From an uncultured Planctomycetia bacterium (GTDB taxonomy: Bacteria; Omnitrophota; Gorgyraeia; Gorgyraeales; Gorgyraeaceae): a stretch of DNA of 35,195 nt. Positions 16,283-26,499 of this stretch are shown one piece after another (within the stretch, counting starts at the first letter, position 1; each line of letters starts with the position of its first letter). Under the pieces are notes generated by a model. It made no database searches, was not told the DNA's origin, and worked only from the letters and a program-made list of their open reading frames with translations. The stretch lies in assembly GCA_964445715.1 (NCBI GenBank), contig CAYULJ010000003.1:1-35195 (forward strand), in the 5' to 3' direction. The position numbers were made by a program, and so were the translations under genes.

Positions 16283-17155
16283 GGCTTGTCTCATTGTCTC
16301 AACTACCTTTGAAGCCGGCACTCCTGTCCAAAGAGAAAAACTAAAAGCACCCTGAGCCGCAAGCATTCCTATGCCATTTTCAGCCCGCGCTCCTTTAGTT
16401 CTTGCATCATTAACTAATTCTGTCTCTCTATTGTATACTAAATCATATATAAACAGATCTTTACGAAGGAGTTTTTTATCTATAATAGATCCATCACCCT
16501 CTTTCATGCCTATGCTGGAAGCATTGACCAATAACTGACATTCTTTAATCTTCTCGGATATTTTATCTTCGCTGATAAACTCTATTTTTTCTCTTAAATA
16601 ATCTCCTATTTTAGCTAAATTAAAAAAATGTTTTTCTGCAGAAGAAACAGCTTTTCTATTGATATCATATACATATATTTTCGTAACAGAAGCACCTCTC
16701 CAACTTAAAGCTGAAATAACTGCCCTGCCAGCCCCACCGCAACCAAAAAGAAAAACGTTCTTATACTCAACGTTAAATTTTAAATCTTGCTCTAAAGAAT
16801 GCGCAAAGCCTGTTGCATCAGTGTTATAATATTCTATTTTCTCTCCAACTCTTTTTACTGTATTTATAGCTCCTGATAATTTAACATAGTACAAAAATTG
16901 CTCTGGAATAGTCACATCTTTATCCAGAGGAAATCTCTGTTCAAGAATCTCTCCCGCCTTCACCTTATGAGGGATTGTTATATTAAATCCTTTTACTTCT
17001 TTTCTTTTTAGAAGAAAATCTTCAAGATCTTCCGGCTTTACTTCAAACTTTTTATATTCAGCATTGTTGATACTCAGCTTTTTAAATGCAGCGTTGTGCA
17101 TTGCCGGGGACAAGCTGTGTTTTATTGGCCAACCTATTACGCCGTATATATCCAT
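16256..17155 (-). CDS. aroE: shikimate dehydrogenase
   Basis: IGWPIKHSLSPAMHN, GFNITIPHK and GCGGAGRAV motifs. Start moved to the ATG at 17155 (MDIYGVIG, GAGG SD). The C-terminal LKFTLQQC* is encoded by the repeat. Confidence 0.88.
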   Translation of the reverse strand: MDIYGVIGWPIKHSLSPAMHNAAFKKLSINNAEYKKFEVKPEDLEDFLLKRKEVKGFNITIPHKVKAGEILEQRFPLDKDVTIPEQFLYYVKLSGAINTVKRVGEKIEYYNTDATGFAHSLEQDLKFNVEYKNVFLFGCGGAGRAVISALSWRGASVTKIYVYDINRKAVSSAEKHFFNLAKIGDYLREKIEFISEDKISEKIKECQLLVNASSIGMKEGDGSIIDKKLLRKDLFIYDLVYNRETELVNDARTKGARAENGIGMLAAQGAFSFSLWTGVPASKVVETMRQALKFTLQQC

Positions 17156-17175
17156 CCTCGTTCCATATAAACTTA

Positions 17176-17198
17176 GGGGCGGATTACTAGTCCGCCCC
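17176..17198 (-). terminator. GC-rich hairpin GGGGCGGA-N7-TCCGCCCC between leuA and aroE
   Basis: 8-bp GC stem. On the - strand it is followed by TAAGTTTATAT, a weak U tract. Confidence 0.35.
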
Positions 17199-17207
17199 AA
17201 TACTTGC

Positions 17208-17247
17208 CTTAACTTTACACTTTAACATTGTTAAAGTGTAAAGTTAG
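17208..17247. repeat. family A element, AACTTT/AAAGTT subfamily
   Basis: cttaactttacactttaacattgttaaagtgtaaagttag; contains the leuA stop (17244-17246). Confidence 0.9.
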
Positions 17248-18791
17248 AGGTCGAGTTCTTTCTGTTGAGGCTTTGTTTTTCGCGATCGTGCGAAAAAGAG
17301 CCTGTTTGTTGCGTTCAGGTATGCCTTTGCGCTGGCCTCGATTATATCCGTAGAGGCTCCTCTTCCTGAAACTTCTTCGCCCTTGCCAGGTTTTATCCTG
17401 ACAGAAACCTCGCCCAGGGCGTCCTTGCCTCTTGTTATAGACTTTAGAGAATAATCCAGAAGCGCACAACTGAGACCTGTTATCTTATCAATGGCTTTGT
17501 AGCACGCATCCACAGGCCCGTCGCCAGTAGAAGATTTTTTAAGCATCTTCGCGCCTTTTTTTAGCACCACTGTGGCACGCGGCACGATCTTACTGCCGCT
17601 TACTATGCTTAGATCTTCCAGTCTATATGTCTCCGGTATAGAGATAATTTCGTCCTCGACAATAGTCAACAGATCCTCGTCAAATATCTCCTTCTTTTTA
17701 TCTGAGAGATTCTTAAATCGCTTGAATGCCTTCAAAAGATCCTTTTTGTTAAGTTCGAACCCTAGCTTCTTCAATCTCTCGGAAAATGCGTGCTTGCCTG
17801 AATGTTTCCCGAGTACAAGCCGCGTCTCGCCGAAGCCCACATCCTCTGGTTTCATGATCTCATAGGTTGTGCGCTTCTTCAGGATGCCGTCCTGGTGCAC
17901 ACCAGCCTCGTGGCTGAATGCATTGCGGCCTACTATTGCCTTGTTCGGCTGCACTACAATGCCTGTGAGTTTACTCACCAAGCGGCTCGCCTTATAAAGC
18001 TCCTTTGTATTTATCGACGTGGAAGATGCAAAAATATCCTTTCGCGTGTCCAACGCCATTACAATTTCTTCCAAGGACGCATTGCCTGCCCTCTCGCCAA
18101 TGCCGTTGACAGTGCATTCTATTTGCTCAGCGCCGTTCTCGATAGCTGCGAGAGAATTGCTGACGCCGAGCCCGAGGTCATTGTGGCAATGCACGCTCAG
18201 TATGGCCTTGTTCGAATTAGGGACTTTGTTTTTTATTGTGCCTATGAGCGAACCGAATTCGATCGGGATTGCGTAGCCGACTGTGTCAGGGATATTCACT
18301 GTCTTCGCGCCTGCGGATATGACTGCTTCGACCACGCGACACAGAAAATCCTTTTCAGAGCGCGAAGCATCTTCCGGCGAAAATTCGACATCATCGCAAA
18401 ACTTACGCGCGTATTCCACAGCCCACGCTGCCTGTCTCAATATTTCGCTCTCTGCCTTTTGTAACTTATACTGCATGTGGATCTTGGATGTTGCCAAAAA
18501 TACATGGATGCGCGGCTTTTTCGCTTTTTTGACAGCGCGGGCACACGTCTCTATATCCTGCTTTGTGGCCCTTGCAAGGCCGCAGATACTCGGCCCTTTG
18601 ATTTCAGAGGCGACTTTGCTGACTGCATCAAAATCCCCTTTTGAGGCAATGGGAAAACCCGCCTCAATCACGTCAACGCCGAGCCTTGCCAATTGCCTTG
18701 CAATGTCGATCTTTGCCTTTATATCGAGGCTTGCTCCCGGCGACTGCTCGCCGTCTCTCAGGGTTGTGTCGAATATTATTATTCTCTTCAT
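17244..18791 (-). CDS. leuA: 2-isopropylmalate synthase
   Basis: [29 protein letters not shown] and a LeuA dimer/regulatory C-terminal domain. The track start at 18821 ([10 protein letters not shown]) is repeat-derived, so ATG 18791 is used. Confidence 0.88.
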   Translation of the reverse strand: MKRIIIFDTTLRDGEQSPGASLDIKAKIDIARQLARLGVDVIEAGFPIASKGDFDAVSKVASEIKGPSICGLARATKQDIETCARAVKKAKKPRIHVFLATSKIHMQYKLQKAESEILRQAAWAVEYARKFCDDVEFSPEDASRSEKDFLCRVVEAVISAGAKTVNIPDTVGYAIPIEFGSLIGTIKNKVPNSNKAILSVHCHNDLGLGVSNSLAAIENGAEQIECTVNGIGERAGNASLEEIVMALDTRKDIFASSTSINTKELYKASRLVSKLTGIVVQPNKAIVGRNAFSHEAGVHQDGILKKRTTYEIMKPEDVGFGETRLVLGKHSGKHAFSERLKKLGFELNKKDLLKAFKRFKNLSDKKKEIFDEDLLTIVEDEIISIPETYRLEDLSIVSGSKIVPRATVVLKKGAKMLKKSSTGDGPVDACYKAIDKITGLSCALLDYSLKSITRGKDALGEVSVRIKPGKGEEVSGRGASTDIIEASAKAYLNATNRLFFARSRKTKPQQKELDL

Positions 18792-18800
18792 AATCACGTG

Positions 18801-18841
18801 CTTAAGTTTACACTTTAACATTGTTGAAGTGTAAACTTAAG
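18801..18841. repeat. 41-bp palindromic element, family A (consensus, T..G form)
   Basis: cttaagtttacactttaacattgttgaagtgtaaacttaag. Confidence 0.95.
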
Positions 18842-18857
18842 GCTTATCTATGCCTTT

Positions 18858-19847
18858 TTACTTTATCCAGTCCATCATGCCTCTTAATTTTTTGCCTATT
18901 ACCTCTATTGGATGACTGTCGTCTTTTTTCCTTAATTCATTGAATGCTGAGCGGCCCTTTTCATTTTCCTTTATCCACTCCTTAGCGAACTCGCCTGACT
19001 GCACCTCTTTCAAGATCTTTTGCATCTCCTTGCGAGTCCCATCAGTTATAACTCTTTTGCCTCTCGTAAGGTCACCATACTCTGCTGTGTCTGAAACACG
19101 CTTTCTCATTCCCTGAATGCCTGTCTTGTAGATCAAATCCGTAATAAGTTTCAACTCGTGAAGACATTCAAAATACGCTATCTCCGGCTGATATCCGGCA
19201 TTGACAAGCGTCTCAAATCCTGCCTTTATGAGCTCAGTGACTCCGCCGCAAAGCACTGTCTGCTCTCCGAAAAGATCTGTCTCAGTCTCTTCCTTAAAAG
19301 TCGTCTCTATGACACCTGCTCTTGTGCCACCTATACCTTTTGCATAGGCAAGGCCTATCTTCGCGGCATTGCCAGAGGCGTCCTGAAAAACTGCCAAAAG
19401 ACACGGCACGCCTTTCTTCTCTTCATACATCTGTCTTACGAGCGCACCCGGACCTTTTGGCGCCACCATGAAAACATCCACATCTTTCGGCGGCACGATC
19501 TGTTTAAAATGTATGTTGAAACCGTGCGAAAACACAAGCGACTTGCCTTTTTTCAAATTCGGCTCGATTGCCTGCTTGTAGACTTTTGCCTGCACATGGT
19601 CCTGCGTGAGTATCTGGATGACGTCAGCCTCTTTTGCGGCATCGCTCGCTGAGACAGGCGCAAACCCGTCCTTCTGCGCGATTTTGTAATTTTCAGTGTC
19701 TTCTAATTCACTCACGATCACATCGAGCCCACTGTCCCGCAGATTCAATGCCTGGCCACGGCCCTGAATACCATAACCCATGATCGCTATTTTTTTTCCT
19801 TTTAACACATTTAGATCAGCATCCTTGTCATAATACATCTTTGTCAT
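18858..19847 (-). CDS. ilvC: ketol-acid reductoisomerase
   Basis: [26 protein letters not shown], class I KARI about 330 aa. AAGGAGG SD precedes the ATG at 19847. Confidence 0.92.
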   Translation of the reverse strand: MTKMYYDKDADLNVLKGKKIAIMGYGIQGRGQALNLRDSGLDVIVSELEDTENYKIAQKDGFAPVSASDAAKEADVIQILTQDHVQAKVYKQAIEPNLKKGKSLVFSHGFNIHFKQIVPPKDVDVFMVAPKGPGALVRQMYEEKKGVPCLLAVFQDASGNAAKIGLAYAKGIGGTRAGVIETTFKEETETDLFGEQTVLCGGVTELIKAGFETLVNAGYQPEIAYFECLHELKLITDLIYKTGIQGMRKRVSDTAEYGDLTRGKRVITDGTRKEMQKILKEVQSGEFAKEWIKENEKGRSAFNELRKKDDSHPIEVIGKKLRGMMDWIK

Positions 19848-19881
19848 TGCTGTACTCCTCCTTATCAATGTCAATCGAAAG

Positions 19882-19922
19882 CTTAAGTTTACACTTTAAC
19901 ATTGTTGAAGTGTAAACTTAAG
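19882..19922. repeat. 41-bp palindromic element, family A (consensus, T..G form)
   Basis: cttaagtttacactttaacattgttgaagtgtaaacttaag. Confidence 0.95.
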
Positions 19923-19947
19923 GTGGTGGGGTTATTTTGTTTTCTCT

Positions 19948-20421
19948 TTATTTACGGCCCATGGCGATCCGGCCGGTCCTGACAATCTCTGAAATCCCAA
20001 AGGGCCTCATAATCTCTATAAACGATCTTATCTTATTCCCGTCGCCTGTAACCTCTATTACTGCTGCCTCTTTCTTGACGTCGTCTATCTTTCCCTGAAA
20101 CGTATCTGCTATCTGCAATATCTCGGAGCGATTTTTGTTGTCAAGTCTGACCTTGACCATAACAAGTTCCCGGTCAACAAAATCCTCGCCCGTAAGATCG
20201 ATAACCTTTATAACATCTATAAGCCTGTTGAGCTGCTTCTTGACCTGCTCCAATGTCTTTTCGTCGCCGTCAACTACAATGGTCATCCTCGAGATACTAG
20301 GGTCCTCAGTCTCGCCTACGGCAAGGGAGTCGATATTGAAACCCCTTGCACTAAATAAACCTGATACGTGCGTGAGCACGCCAAAGTGATTCTCAACCAA
20401 GACTGAAATTATTTTTTTCAT
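19948..20421 (-). CDS. ilvN: acetolactate synthase small (regulatory) subunit
   Basis: ACT-domain N-terminus ISVLVENHFGVLTHVSGLFSARGFNIDSL; 157 aa; downstream of ilvB. Confidence 0.9.
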   Translation of the reverse strand: MKKIISVLVENHFGVLTHVSGLFSARGFNIDSLAVGETEDPSISRMTIVVDGDEKTLEQVKKQLNRLIDVIKVIDLTGEDFVDRELVMVKVRLDNKNRSEILQIADTFQGKIDDVKKEAAVIEVTGDGNKIRSFIEIMRPFGISEIVRTGRIAMGRK

Positions 20422-20435
20422 CGCCTCTCTCTCTT

Positions 20436-20529
20436 CTTAAGTTCAAAAATAGGGACAGACACCTATTTTTTATGACCTATTTTTAGAAACTAATAAAAAT
20501 AGGTGTCTGTCCCTATTTTTGAACTTAAG
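20436..20529. repeat. 94-bp composite palindrome, family B (family A termini plus a different core)
   Basis: cttaagttcaaaaatagggacagacacctattttt...aaaaataggtgtctgtccctatttttgaacttaag; 35-nt arms perfectly complementary. Contains the ilvB stop (20525-20527). Confidence 0.95.
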
Positions 20530-22195
20530 CTAATGCGCCGATCATTTTGTTGATTGCCTGACCTGCCGGCACCATTGGAAACACGTTCTCCTCCGGCTCG
20601 ACTTTAAAATCCAAGATCACAGGCTTCTTGATGCCCAGCGCCTTTTTTATTGCCTTTCTCACTTCACTCTTCTTCGTGACTCTTATCCCGCAAGCGCCAT
20701 ACGCCTCTGCGAGTTTTACAAAATCAGGGGAAGACTCTAATATCGTCTGAGAATATCTCTTTTTATAAAAAAGCTCCTGCCACTGCCTGACCATACCAAG
20801 ACAATTATTATTCAGTATCGCAATCTTGACCGGTAGTTTGTTCGCGACAGCAGTGGTGAGTTCCTGGATATTCATCTGGATGCTTCCGTCGCCCGCAATA
20901 TCAAAAACGATTTTATTCGGGCAGCCGACCTGTGCGCCGATCGCCGCGGGAAAACCATAGCCCATTGTGCCTAGCCCGCCGCTCGAAATAAATTGGCGCG
21001 GTCTTGTGTATTTGTAGAACTGCGCAGCCCACATCTGATTTTGTCCGACCTCAGTCGTAATAATGGCCTTGCCTTTCGTAAGTTCACATATTTCCTCGAC
21101 GACATATTGCGGCCTGAGCTTAGAATCTCTTTTGTAAGCCAATGGGAATTTTTTCTTCCACTCTTCTATCTGCTTATGCCACTTCGAGATATCATGCTTC
21201 TTTATATCTTTCATAAGATCTTGCAGAACGCCATTGGCATCACCCACTATCGGCACGTCGACCTTTACATTTTTACTTATTGCGCATGGATCGATGTCAA
21301 TATGGATTATCTTTGCATGCGGCGCAAATTCATCGATCTTTCCAGTCACCCTATCATCGAAGCGGGCGCCCACTGCTATTATGAGGTCTGACTCCTGTAT
21401 CGCATGATTCGCATACGCAGTCCCGTGCATGCCCAGCATGCCGAGAGAAAGTTTATGCGTGGTCGGAAACGTGCCCAGGCCCATGAGAGTCATCGTAACC
21501 GGGATCTCTGTCTTTTTGACAAATTCAAATAATCTCGTAGAAGCATTTGAAATAATCACTCCACCGCCGACATAAAGCACAGGCCGCTTACTATGGGCAA
21601 CGAGTCTCGCCGCCCTTTTTATCTGACCGATGTGTCCTTTACACGTGGGCTTGTAACCTCTTATATCAGCCTTCTCAGGATATTGAAAATTTGCTTCCTG
21701 TATCTGTATGTCTACGGGCAGATCGACTGAAACCACGCCGGGCCTGCCTGTAGAAGCTATATGAAAGGCATTCTTTATGACAGTCGCTATATTATTGACA
21801 TCCTTTACAAGATAGTTATGTTTTGAAATGGGCCGCGTTATGCCGCTGACATCCACCTCTTGAAACGCGTCGTTTCCTATAAGAGAAGTCCTGACCTGAC
21901 CCGTAATAGCGACAATAGGCACGGAGTCCATGTTGGCTGTCGCGAGCCCCGTGACGAGATTTGTCGCGCCCGGGCCAGACGTAGCGAGACACACGCCGAC
22001 CTTTCCTGTTGCGCGCGCGTAGCCGTCTGCTGCGTGGGCTGCGCCCTGCTCATGTCTCGTCAGTATGAATTTTATGTCACTGTCGTAGAGGACGTCGAAA
22101 ATCGGAAGCACCACGCCGCCCGGATAACCAAAGATTATCTCCACGCCCTCTTTCTTAAGCGATTCTATTAATATTTTAGCGCCTGTCAATCTCAT
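20525..22195 (-). CDS. ilvB: acetolactate synthase large (catalytic) subunit
   Basis: 556 aa ThDP enzyme with GYPGG, GPGATN and [16 protein letters not shown] motifs. Confidence 0.92.
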   Translation of the reverse strand: MRLTGAKILIESLKKEGVEIIFGYPGGVVLPIFDVLYDSDIKFILTRHEQGAAHAADGYARATGKVGVCLATSGPGATNLVTGLATANMDSVPIVAITGQVRTSLIGNDAFQEVDVSGITRPISKHNYLVKDVNNIATVIKNAFHIASTGRPGVVSVDLPVDIQIQEANFQYPEKADIRGYKPTCKGHIGQIKRAARLVAHSKRPVLYVGGGVIISNASTRLFEFVKKTEIPVTMTLMGLGTFPTTHKLSLGMLGMHGTAYANHAIQESDLIIAVGARFDDRVTGKIDEFAPHAKIIHIDIDPCAISKNVKVDVPIVGDANGVLQDLMKDIKKHDISKWHKQIEEWKKKFPLAYKRDSKLRPQYVVEEICELTKGKAIITTEVGQNQMWAAQFYKYTRPRQFISSGGLGTMGYGFPAAIGAQVGCPNKIVFDIAGDGSIQMNIQELTTAVANKLPVKIAILNNNCLGMVRQWQELFYKKRYSQTILESSPDFVKLAEAYGACGIRVTKKSEVRKAIKKALGIKKPVILDFKVEPEENVFPMVPAGQAINKMIGALA

Positions 22196-22212
22196 AAACT
22201 TACCTCTATGTC

Positions 22213-22253
22213 TTTAAGTTTACACTTCAACAATGTTAAAGTGTAAACTTAAG
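22213..22253. repeat. 41-bp palindromic element, family A (C..A form; first base T)
   Basis: tttaagtttacacttcaacaatgttaaagtgtaaacttaag. Confidence 0.95.
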
Positions 22254-22263
22254 CGTAGATTTC

Positions 22264-23919
22264 TTAGCTTTCCAATACTGCGCCTTTGCTCGCAGAGCTG
22301 ACAAAGCGGCTGTACCTGGAAAGCCAGCCTTTTGTCACCTTTGGCCTAGGTTTCCGCCAGTTTCTAAGCCGTCTTTTGACTTCACTGGCTGAAACTTGCA
22401 GATTTATACGTCGCTTTTTTATGTCTATTTCGATCCTGTCATTATTCTTGATAATAGAGATCGGCCCGCCTTTTGCTGCCTCAGGTGCAACATGACCTAT
22501 GCACGGCCCCCTTGTGCCGCCTGAAAATCTGCCGTCGGTGATGAGCGCAACATCATTGGACAGACCCATGCCTACAATAGCTGACGTCGGTGAAAGCATC
22601 TCCCGCATACCAGGTCCGCCGCTTGGGCCCTCGTATCGAATGACAACGACATCACCCTTCTTGATCTTGCCTTTTAATATTGCAGACATAGCCTCTTCTT
22701 CAGAATTAAATACTTTTGCCTTGCCTGCGAACGTCATTGCGTCTTCCTCGATCGCGCCTTGCTTCACAACAGCTCCTTCAGGCGCAATGTTTCCCTTTAA
22801 GATGGCAATGCCGCCTTCCTCTTTATATGGCTTATCCGGATCGCGTATCACTTCCTCGTCGTAGATCTTGCTCGTCCTCGCAATCTGCTTTATGGACGGG
22901 CCACTGACTGTTGGATTATCACTCAGCTTCGACTCCAGCCTCTTCAAAACCGCTGGTATGCCGCCCGCAACTTCCAAGTCCTCGAGAAAATATTCGCCAC
23001 TCGGCCTCAAATCGCAGATCTTCGGTGTCTTGCGGCTGATTTGATCGAATGTAGCAAGTGGAAGCGCCACGCTTGCTTCTTTCGCGATCGCAGCCAAATG
23101 CAAGACCGTATTTGTCGAGCCACCCAATGCCATGTCGATCATTATCGCGTTCAAAAACGCTTTTCTATTTAGAATGCTGCGTGGCTTAATGTTTTCTTTG
23201 ACCAGCTCCACTGCGCGCTTGCCACTCTCATGAGCAATCCGCGCCTTTTTACTCGAGACTGCAAGTGATGTTGCGCAGCTAACGAGCGACATGCCCATTG
23301 CCTCAGTCAGACAGCTCATTGTATTCGCGGTGAAAAGCCCCTGGCATGAACCTGGCCCAGGACACGCGTTGATCTCCAGCTGCTCCATGTCATACTTGGA
23401 GATATCACCCTTCTTATATTGCCCCACTGCCTCAAACGTGTCGCGAACAAGATCGAGACGCCTGCCTTTGTAATGTCCGGTGAGCATCGGACCTGCCGTG
23501 ACTATGATCGTAGGAATGTTGATCCTCGCGCACGCCATGAGCATGCCCGGCGTGATCTTATCGCAATTCGTCAATAGCACAAGGCCATCCAACGCATACG
23601 CGCCTGCCATTGTCTCGACCATATCCGCAATAAGCTCCCTCGACGCCAGAGAATATTTCATGCCAAAGTGGCCCATTGCAATGCCGTCACAAATTCCTGG
23701 TATGCCAAAGACAAACGGTCTGCCTCCGCCTGCATAAATGCCGTTTTCGATAGCGCGCTCCAATGACCGCATGTGTATATGGCCTGGCACAAGGTCAGTA
23801 AAGCTCGACGCAATACCAATAAAAGGCTTACCCAAATCCTTAGCGCACACCCCTGTCGCGTACAGAAGCGCCCTATTCCCGGCCCTTGAAATACCTTTCT
23901 TAATAATATCACTCTTCAT
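22264..23919 (-). CDS. ilvD: dihydroxy-acid dehydratase
   Basis: 551 aa with [25 protein letters not shown] and [14 protein letters not shown] motifs. Confidence 0.92.
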   Translation of the reverse strand: MKSDIIKKGISRAGNRALLYATGVCAKDLGKPFIGIASSFTDLVPGHIHMRSLERAIENGIYAGGGRPFVFGIPGICDGIAMGHFGMKYSLASRELIADMVETMAGAYALDGLVLLTNCDKITPGMLMACARINIPTIIVTAGPMLTGHYKGRRLDLVRDTFEAVGQYKKGDISKYDMEQLEINACPGPGSCQGLFTANTMSCLTEAMGMSLVSCATSLAVSSKKARIAHESGKRAVELVKENIKPRSILNRKAFLNAIMIDMALGGSTNTVLHLAAIAKEASVALPLATFDQISRKTPKICDLRPSGEYFLEDLEVAGGIPAVLKRLESKLSDNPTVSGPSIKQIARTSKIYDEEVIRDPDKPYKEEGGIAILKGNIAPEGAVVKQGAIEEDAMTFAGKAKVFNSEEEAMSAILKGKIKKGDVVVIRYEGPSGGPGMREMLSPTSAIVGMGLSNDVALITDGRFSGGTRGPCIGHVAPEAAKGGPISIIKNNDRIEIDIKKRRINLQVSASEVKRRLRNWRKPRPKVTKGWLSRYSRFVSSASKGAVLES

Positions 23920-23955
23920 AATAGGCTCCTAAATATCTAGACTTCTAATCTTGTT

Positions 23956-23984
23956 ATTATCTCATTTTCTCCCAAAAATTGCAA
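23956..23984 (-). promoter_or_regulatory. putative sigma70 promoter for ilvD-ilvBN-ilvC-leuA (TTGCAA-N17-GATAAT)
   Basis: On the - strand, TTGCAA (23984-23979), 17-nt spacer, GATAAT (23961-23956). Lies about 37 nt upstream of the ilvD ATG. Confidence 0.45.
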
Positions 23985-23990
23985 TAGAAT

Positions 23991-24100
23991 CTTAAGTTTA
24001 CCAAAAATACAAAAATAGGGACAGACACCTATTTTTTCTTATTTTCTAAAATAGATTACGAAAAAAATAGGTGTCTGTCCCTATTTTTGGTAAACTTAAG
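23991..24100. repeat. 110-bp composite palindrome, family B (11-nt family A termini)
   Basis: cttaagtttaccaaaaatacaaaaatagggacagacacctattttt...aaaaataggtgtctgtccctatttttggtaaacttaag. The left arm carries an extra 8-nt (aaaaatac) tandem duplication. Confidence 0.95.
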
Positions 24101-24102
24101 CG

Positions 24103-24579
24103 CTAATCCCGCGATATCTTTATGACTTTATATTTCAATGTACCTGCTGGCACACTTATATTGACGATCTCACCTTTCTTACGGCCCAAAAGCGCCTTGC
24201 CCACAGGCGATGAAATCGAAATCCTGCCTTGGCTAAAATCTGCCTCGTCTTCAGTCACTAATTTATAATCTATCTTCTCCTTGGAATTCAGGTCTTCCAA
24301 CTTCAGATTAGCTCCTACATAAGCCTTGTCCGTAGAAATACTCTCGTTTTCAATGATCTTGGCACATCCGAGCTTATTTACAAGCTCGGCGATCCTCTTC
24401 TCGTTTATTGCCTGTGCTTGCTTTGCAGAATCGTATTCCGCGTTCTCGCTCAAGTCCCCCAAAAGCCTTGCTTTCTCGAGCGCGTCTGCTATCTCCCTGC
24501 GCTTTTCTCCTTTAAGAAATTCCAAGTCTTTCCTGAGCTTCTCAAAACCTTTTTTAGTCAAAAACACGCCTTCTGACAT
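24103..24579 (-). CDS. greA: transcription elongation factor GreA
   Basis: 158 aa with LTKKGFEKLRKDLEFL and GDLSENAEYDSAKQAQ. The start overlaps the alr stop (TAATG). Confidence 0.92.
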   Translation of the reverse strand: MSEGVFLTKKGFEKLRKDLEFLKGEKRREIADALEKARLLGDLSENAEYDSAKQAQAINEKRIAELVNKLGCAKIIENESISTDKAYVGANLKLEDLNSKEKIDYKLVTEDEADFSQGRISISSPVGKALLGRKKGEIVNISVPAGTLKYKVIKISRD

Positions 24580-25703
24580 TATTTCCTCCTCCTATATATC
24601 CGCGGCACACGTCGCCCGATATTGCAAACCACTTCGTATGGAATTGTGCCCATGATATCAGCGAGCTCTTCCGTTCTTATTACCTCTTTTCCCTGTTTTC
24701 CGATCAAAACCACGTCATCGCCTGATTTTGCGCCTTGCAAATGTCCTACGTCGACCATGCACATGTCCATGCAAATCCTTCCTGCTATCGGGGCGCGCTT
24801 CCCTCTTATCAAGACATGCGCTTTATTTGACAGATGCCGTGAATAACCATCTCCGTAACCCACAGGTATTGTGGCAATCCGCGTTTCATTCTTTGTAACA
24901 TAGGTCCTTCCATAACTTATTGACCTGCCCTTCGGCACTGATTTCACATGCGTCACTTTTGTCTTCAATGTCATGACCGGTTTTAATCCAAGTCTCTTTA
25001 TAAGATCTTGCCTAGGGTGCAGGCCATAAATTATAAGCCCTGGCCTCACTATATTCATATGCGAATCTTTAAAATCCACAAGCGCCATGCTGTTCGAGGC
25101 ATGCTTGAAAGGGATGTTAATATTGCAAGCTGAGAGCTCCTTCATGAGAAGATTAAAATCTCTTATTTGACGCTGGGTAAATCTTTTATCGTCTTCTGCG
25201 CTCGGAAAATGTGTAAAAATCCCGTCGATTACAATGTTCTTGAGTGCTGCTATTTTCTTTACAAACTCTATAGCCTCCTGATGCCAAAAACCAATCCTCC
25301 CCATGCCTGTATCAATCTTTACGTGTACCTTTATATTTCTCTTTTTGGCCTGACCGAGTTTTGAAAGCAGCCTCGCAATCTTCAAGTCAGACACAGCCTG
25401 AATCACATTGAATTTTAGTACACCTTCTATCTCTTCTGGTAAAATTGCGCCGAGAACAATAATTTTACTTTTGATCCCAGCCTTGCGTAACTCCCGCGCC
25501 TCGTCAAGCGACGCAACTCCAAGATACTCCACGCCTTCCTCCACAAGTACCCTCGAGACCTCTCCCATGCCATGGCCATACGCATCGGCCTTTACCACGC
25601 CGAGTATCCTGACGTCAAGCGCAACCAGCTGTCTTATCTTGCGCAGATTATGACGCAACGCATCCATATCTATCTCTGCAAATGTCGGTCTATAAAATCT
25701 CAT
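24579..25703 (-). CDS. alr: alanine racemase
   Basis: 374 aa with VVKADAYGHG (PLP Lys) and a SYGRTY...PVGYGDGY C-terminal domain. Confidence 0.92.
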   Translation of the reverse strand: MRFYRPTFAEIDMDALRHNLRKIRQLVALDVRILGVVKADAYGHGMGEVSRVLVEEGVEYLGVASLDEARELRKAGIKSKIIVLGAILPEEIEGVLKFNVIQAVSDLKIARLLSKLGQAKKRNIKVHVKIDTGMGRIGFWHQEAIEFVKKIAALKNIVIDGIFTHFPSAEDDKRFTQRQIRDFNLLMKELSACNINIPFKHASNSMALVDFKDSHMNIVRPGLIIYGLHPRQDLIKRLGLKPVMTLKTKVTHVKSVPKGRSISYGRTYVTKNETRIATIPVGYGDGYSRHLSNKAHVLIRGKRAPIAGRICMDMCMVDVGHLQGAKSGDDVVLIGKQGKEVIRTEELADIMGTIPYEVVCNIGRRVPRIYRRRK

Positions 25704-25739
25704 CCTATCGTCTTTCTAATCAATGAAGCATTGATATTC

Positions 25740-25780
25740 CTTAAGTTTACACTTCAACAATGTTAAAGTGTAAACTTAAG
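25740..25780. repeat. 41-bp palindromic element, family A (consensus, C..A form)
   Basis: cttaagtttacacttcaacaatgttaaagtgtaaacttaag; contains the tsaB stop (25776-25778). Confidence 0.95.
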
Positions 25781-26480
25781 GCTTTGAACTTGACTTTACC
25801 TGGCAATATTTCGAATATATATACAAAGGCTTAAGCTTGCCGAGGTCTTGTTTTCTGCGCCTTTTTATATTTTTAAGGCTCAATTTTATAAGACTGCTAG
25901 CCTTTGGATACCAATATTTCTCATCTAAAAAAATTGCGTTTCGGCAAACCCTATGTATTTTTTCTTTGTAAAGATTTATACCGTCACCTAAAAATATTGC
26001 AGGGCCTTTGATCTTTTTCATGAGATCATCTATAGTCAATAAAAGATAAGCCGAAACCTTGGAAATATCATTATTTTTTTTCTTATATATCGCAGAATAC
26101 ACCTGGCTTCTCTTTGCATCGATCACCGGCACTATAGCTATCTCTTCGCCATCCGCATTCATTGCCAATGCATCAATGCTTGCCACGCCAATACATGGCT
26201 TCCTTGTAGCAATACCAAACCCTTTTATGGAACTCACGCCTATACGTAGACCTGTAAACGAGCCCGGTCCGAGACCGACGACAAACGCGTCAATATCACC
26301 AATGTTCGAATTGCATTTCTCCAAGAGCTCCTTGACTTTCGGCACCAAGAGAGCCGAGTGCTGCCTGTCAAGCAGATGCGACTCCTCTGAAATAATAAAA
26401 TTATCCTCTCCCAGTGCTATATTTAAAAATTTAGAACTCGTATCAATCGCCAGAATTTTCATTTTTTGCGCTTTTGTCAT
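25776..26480 (-). CDS. tsaB: tRNA t6A biosynthesis protein TsaB
   Basis: KILAIDTSS N-terminus and GPGSFTGLRIG motif. The start is either ATG 26480 (inside the GC hairpin) or ATG 26462 (MKILAID). Confidence 0.85.
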   Translation of the reverse strand: MTKAQKMKILAIDTSSKFLNIALGEDNFIISEESHLLDRQHSALLVPKVKELLEKCNSNIGDIDAFVVGLGPGSFTGLRIGVSSIKGFGIATRKPCIGVASIDALAMNADGEEIAIVPVIDAKRSQVYSAIYKKKNNDISKVSAYLLLTIDDLMKKIKGPAIFLGDGINLYKEKIHRVCRNAIFLDEKYWYPKASSLIKLSLKNIKRRRKQDLGKLKPLYIYSKYCQVKSSSKP

Positions 26481-26499
26481 TCCCGCGAAAGCGGGAATC
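26476..26499. repeat. GC-rich hairpin element, family C (GTCATTCCCGC-GAAA-GCGGGAATC)
   Basis: 8-bp stem ATTCCCGC/GCGGGAAT with a GAAA loop. Directly abuts the family A copy at 26500. A second copy is at 34777. Confidence 0.85.

Noticed and set aside
17802-18834. Long antisense ORFs inside leuA (17802-18464, 18283-18834), and similar ones opposite thiL (27057-27719), the PP-loop gene (11925-12515), metG (33409-33921, 34264-34671), trkH (4511-4942, 5111-5569), aroC (14850-15329), ilvC (19158-19652) and nifS (32672-33118)
   Set aside because: Each lies entirely within a well-supported conserved gene on the opposite strand and has low-complexity, Ser/Leu/Phe-rich shadow-frame composition. They are treated as non-coding.
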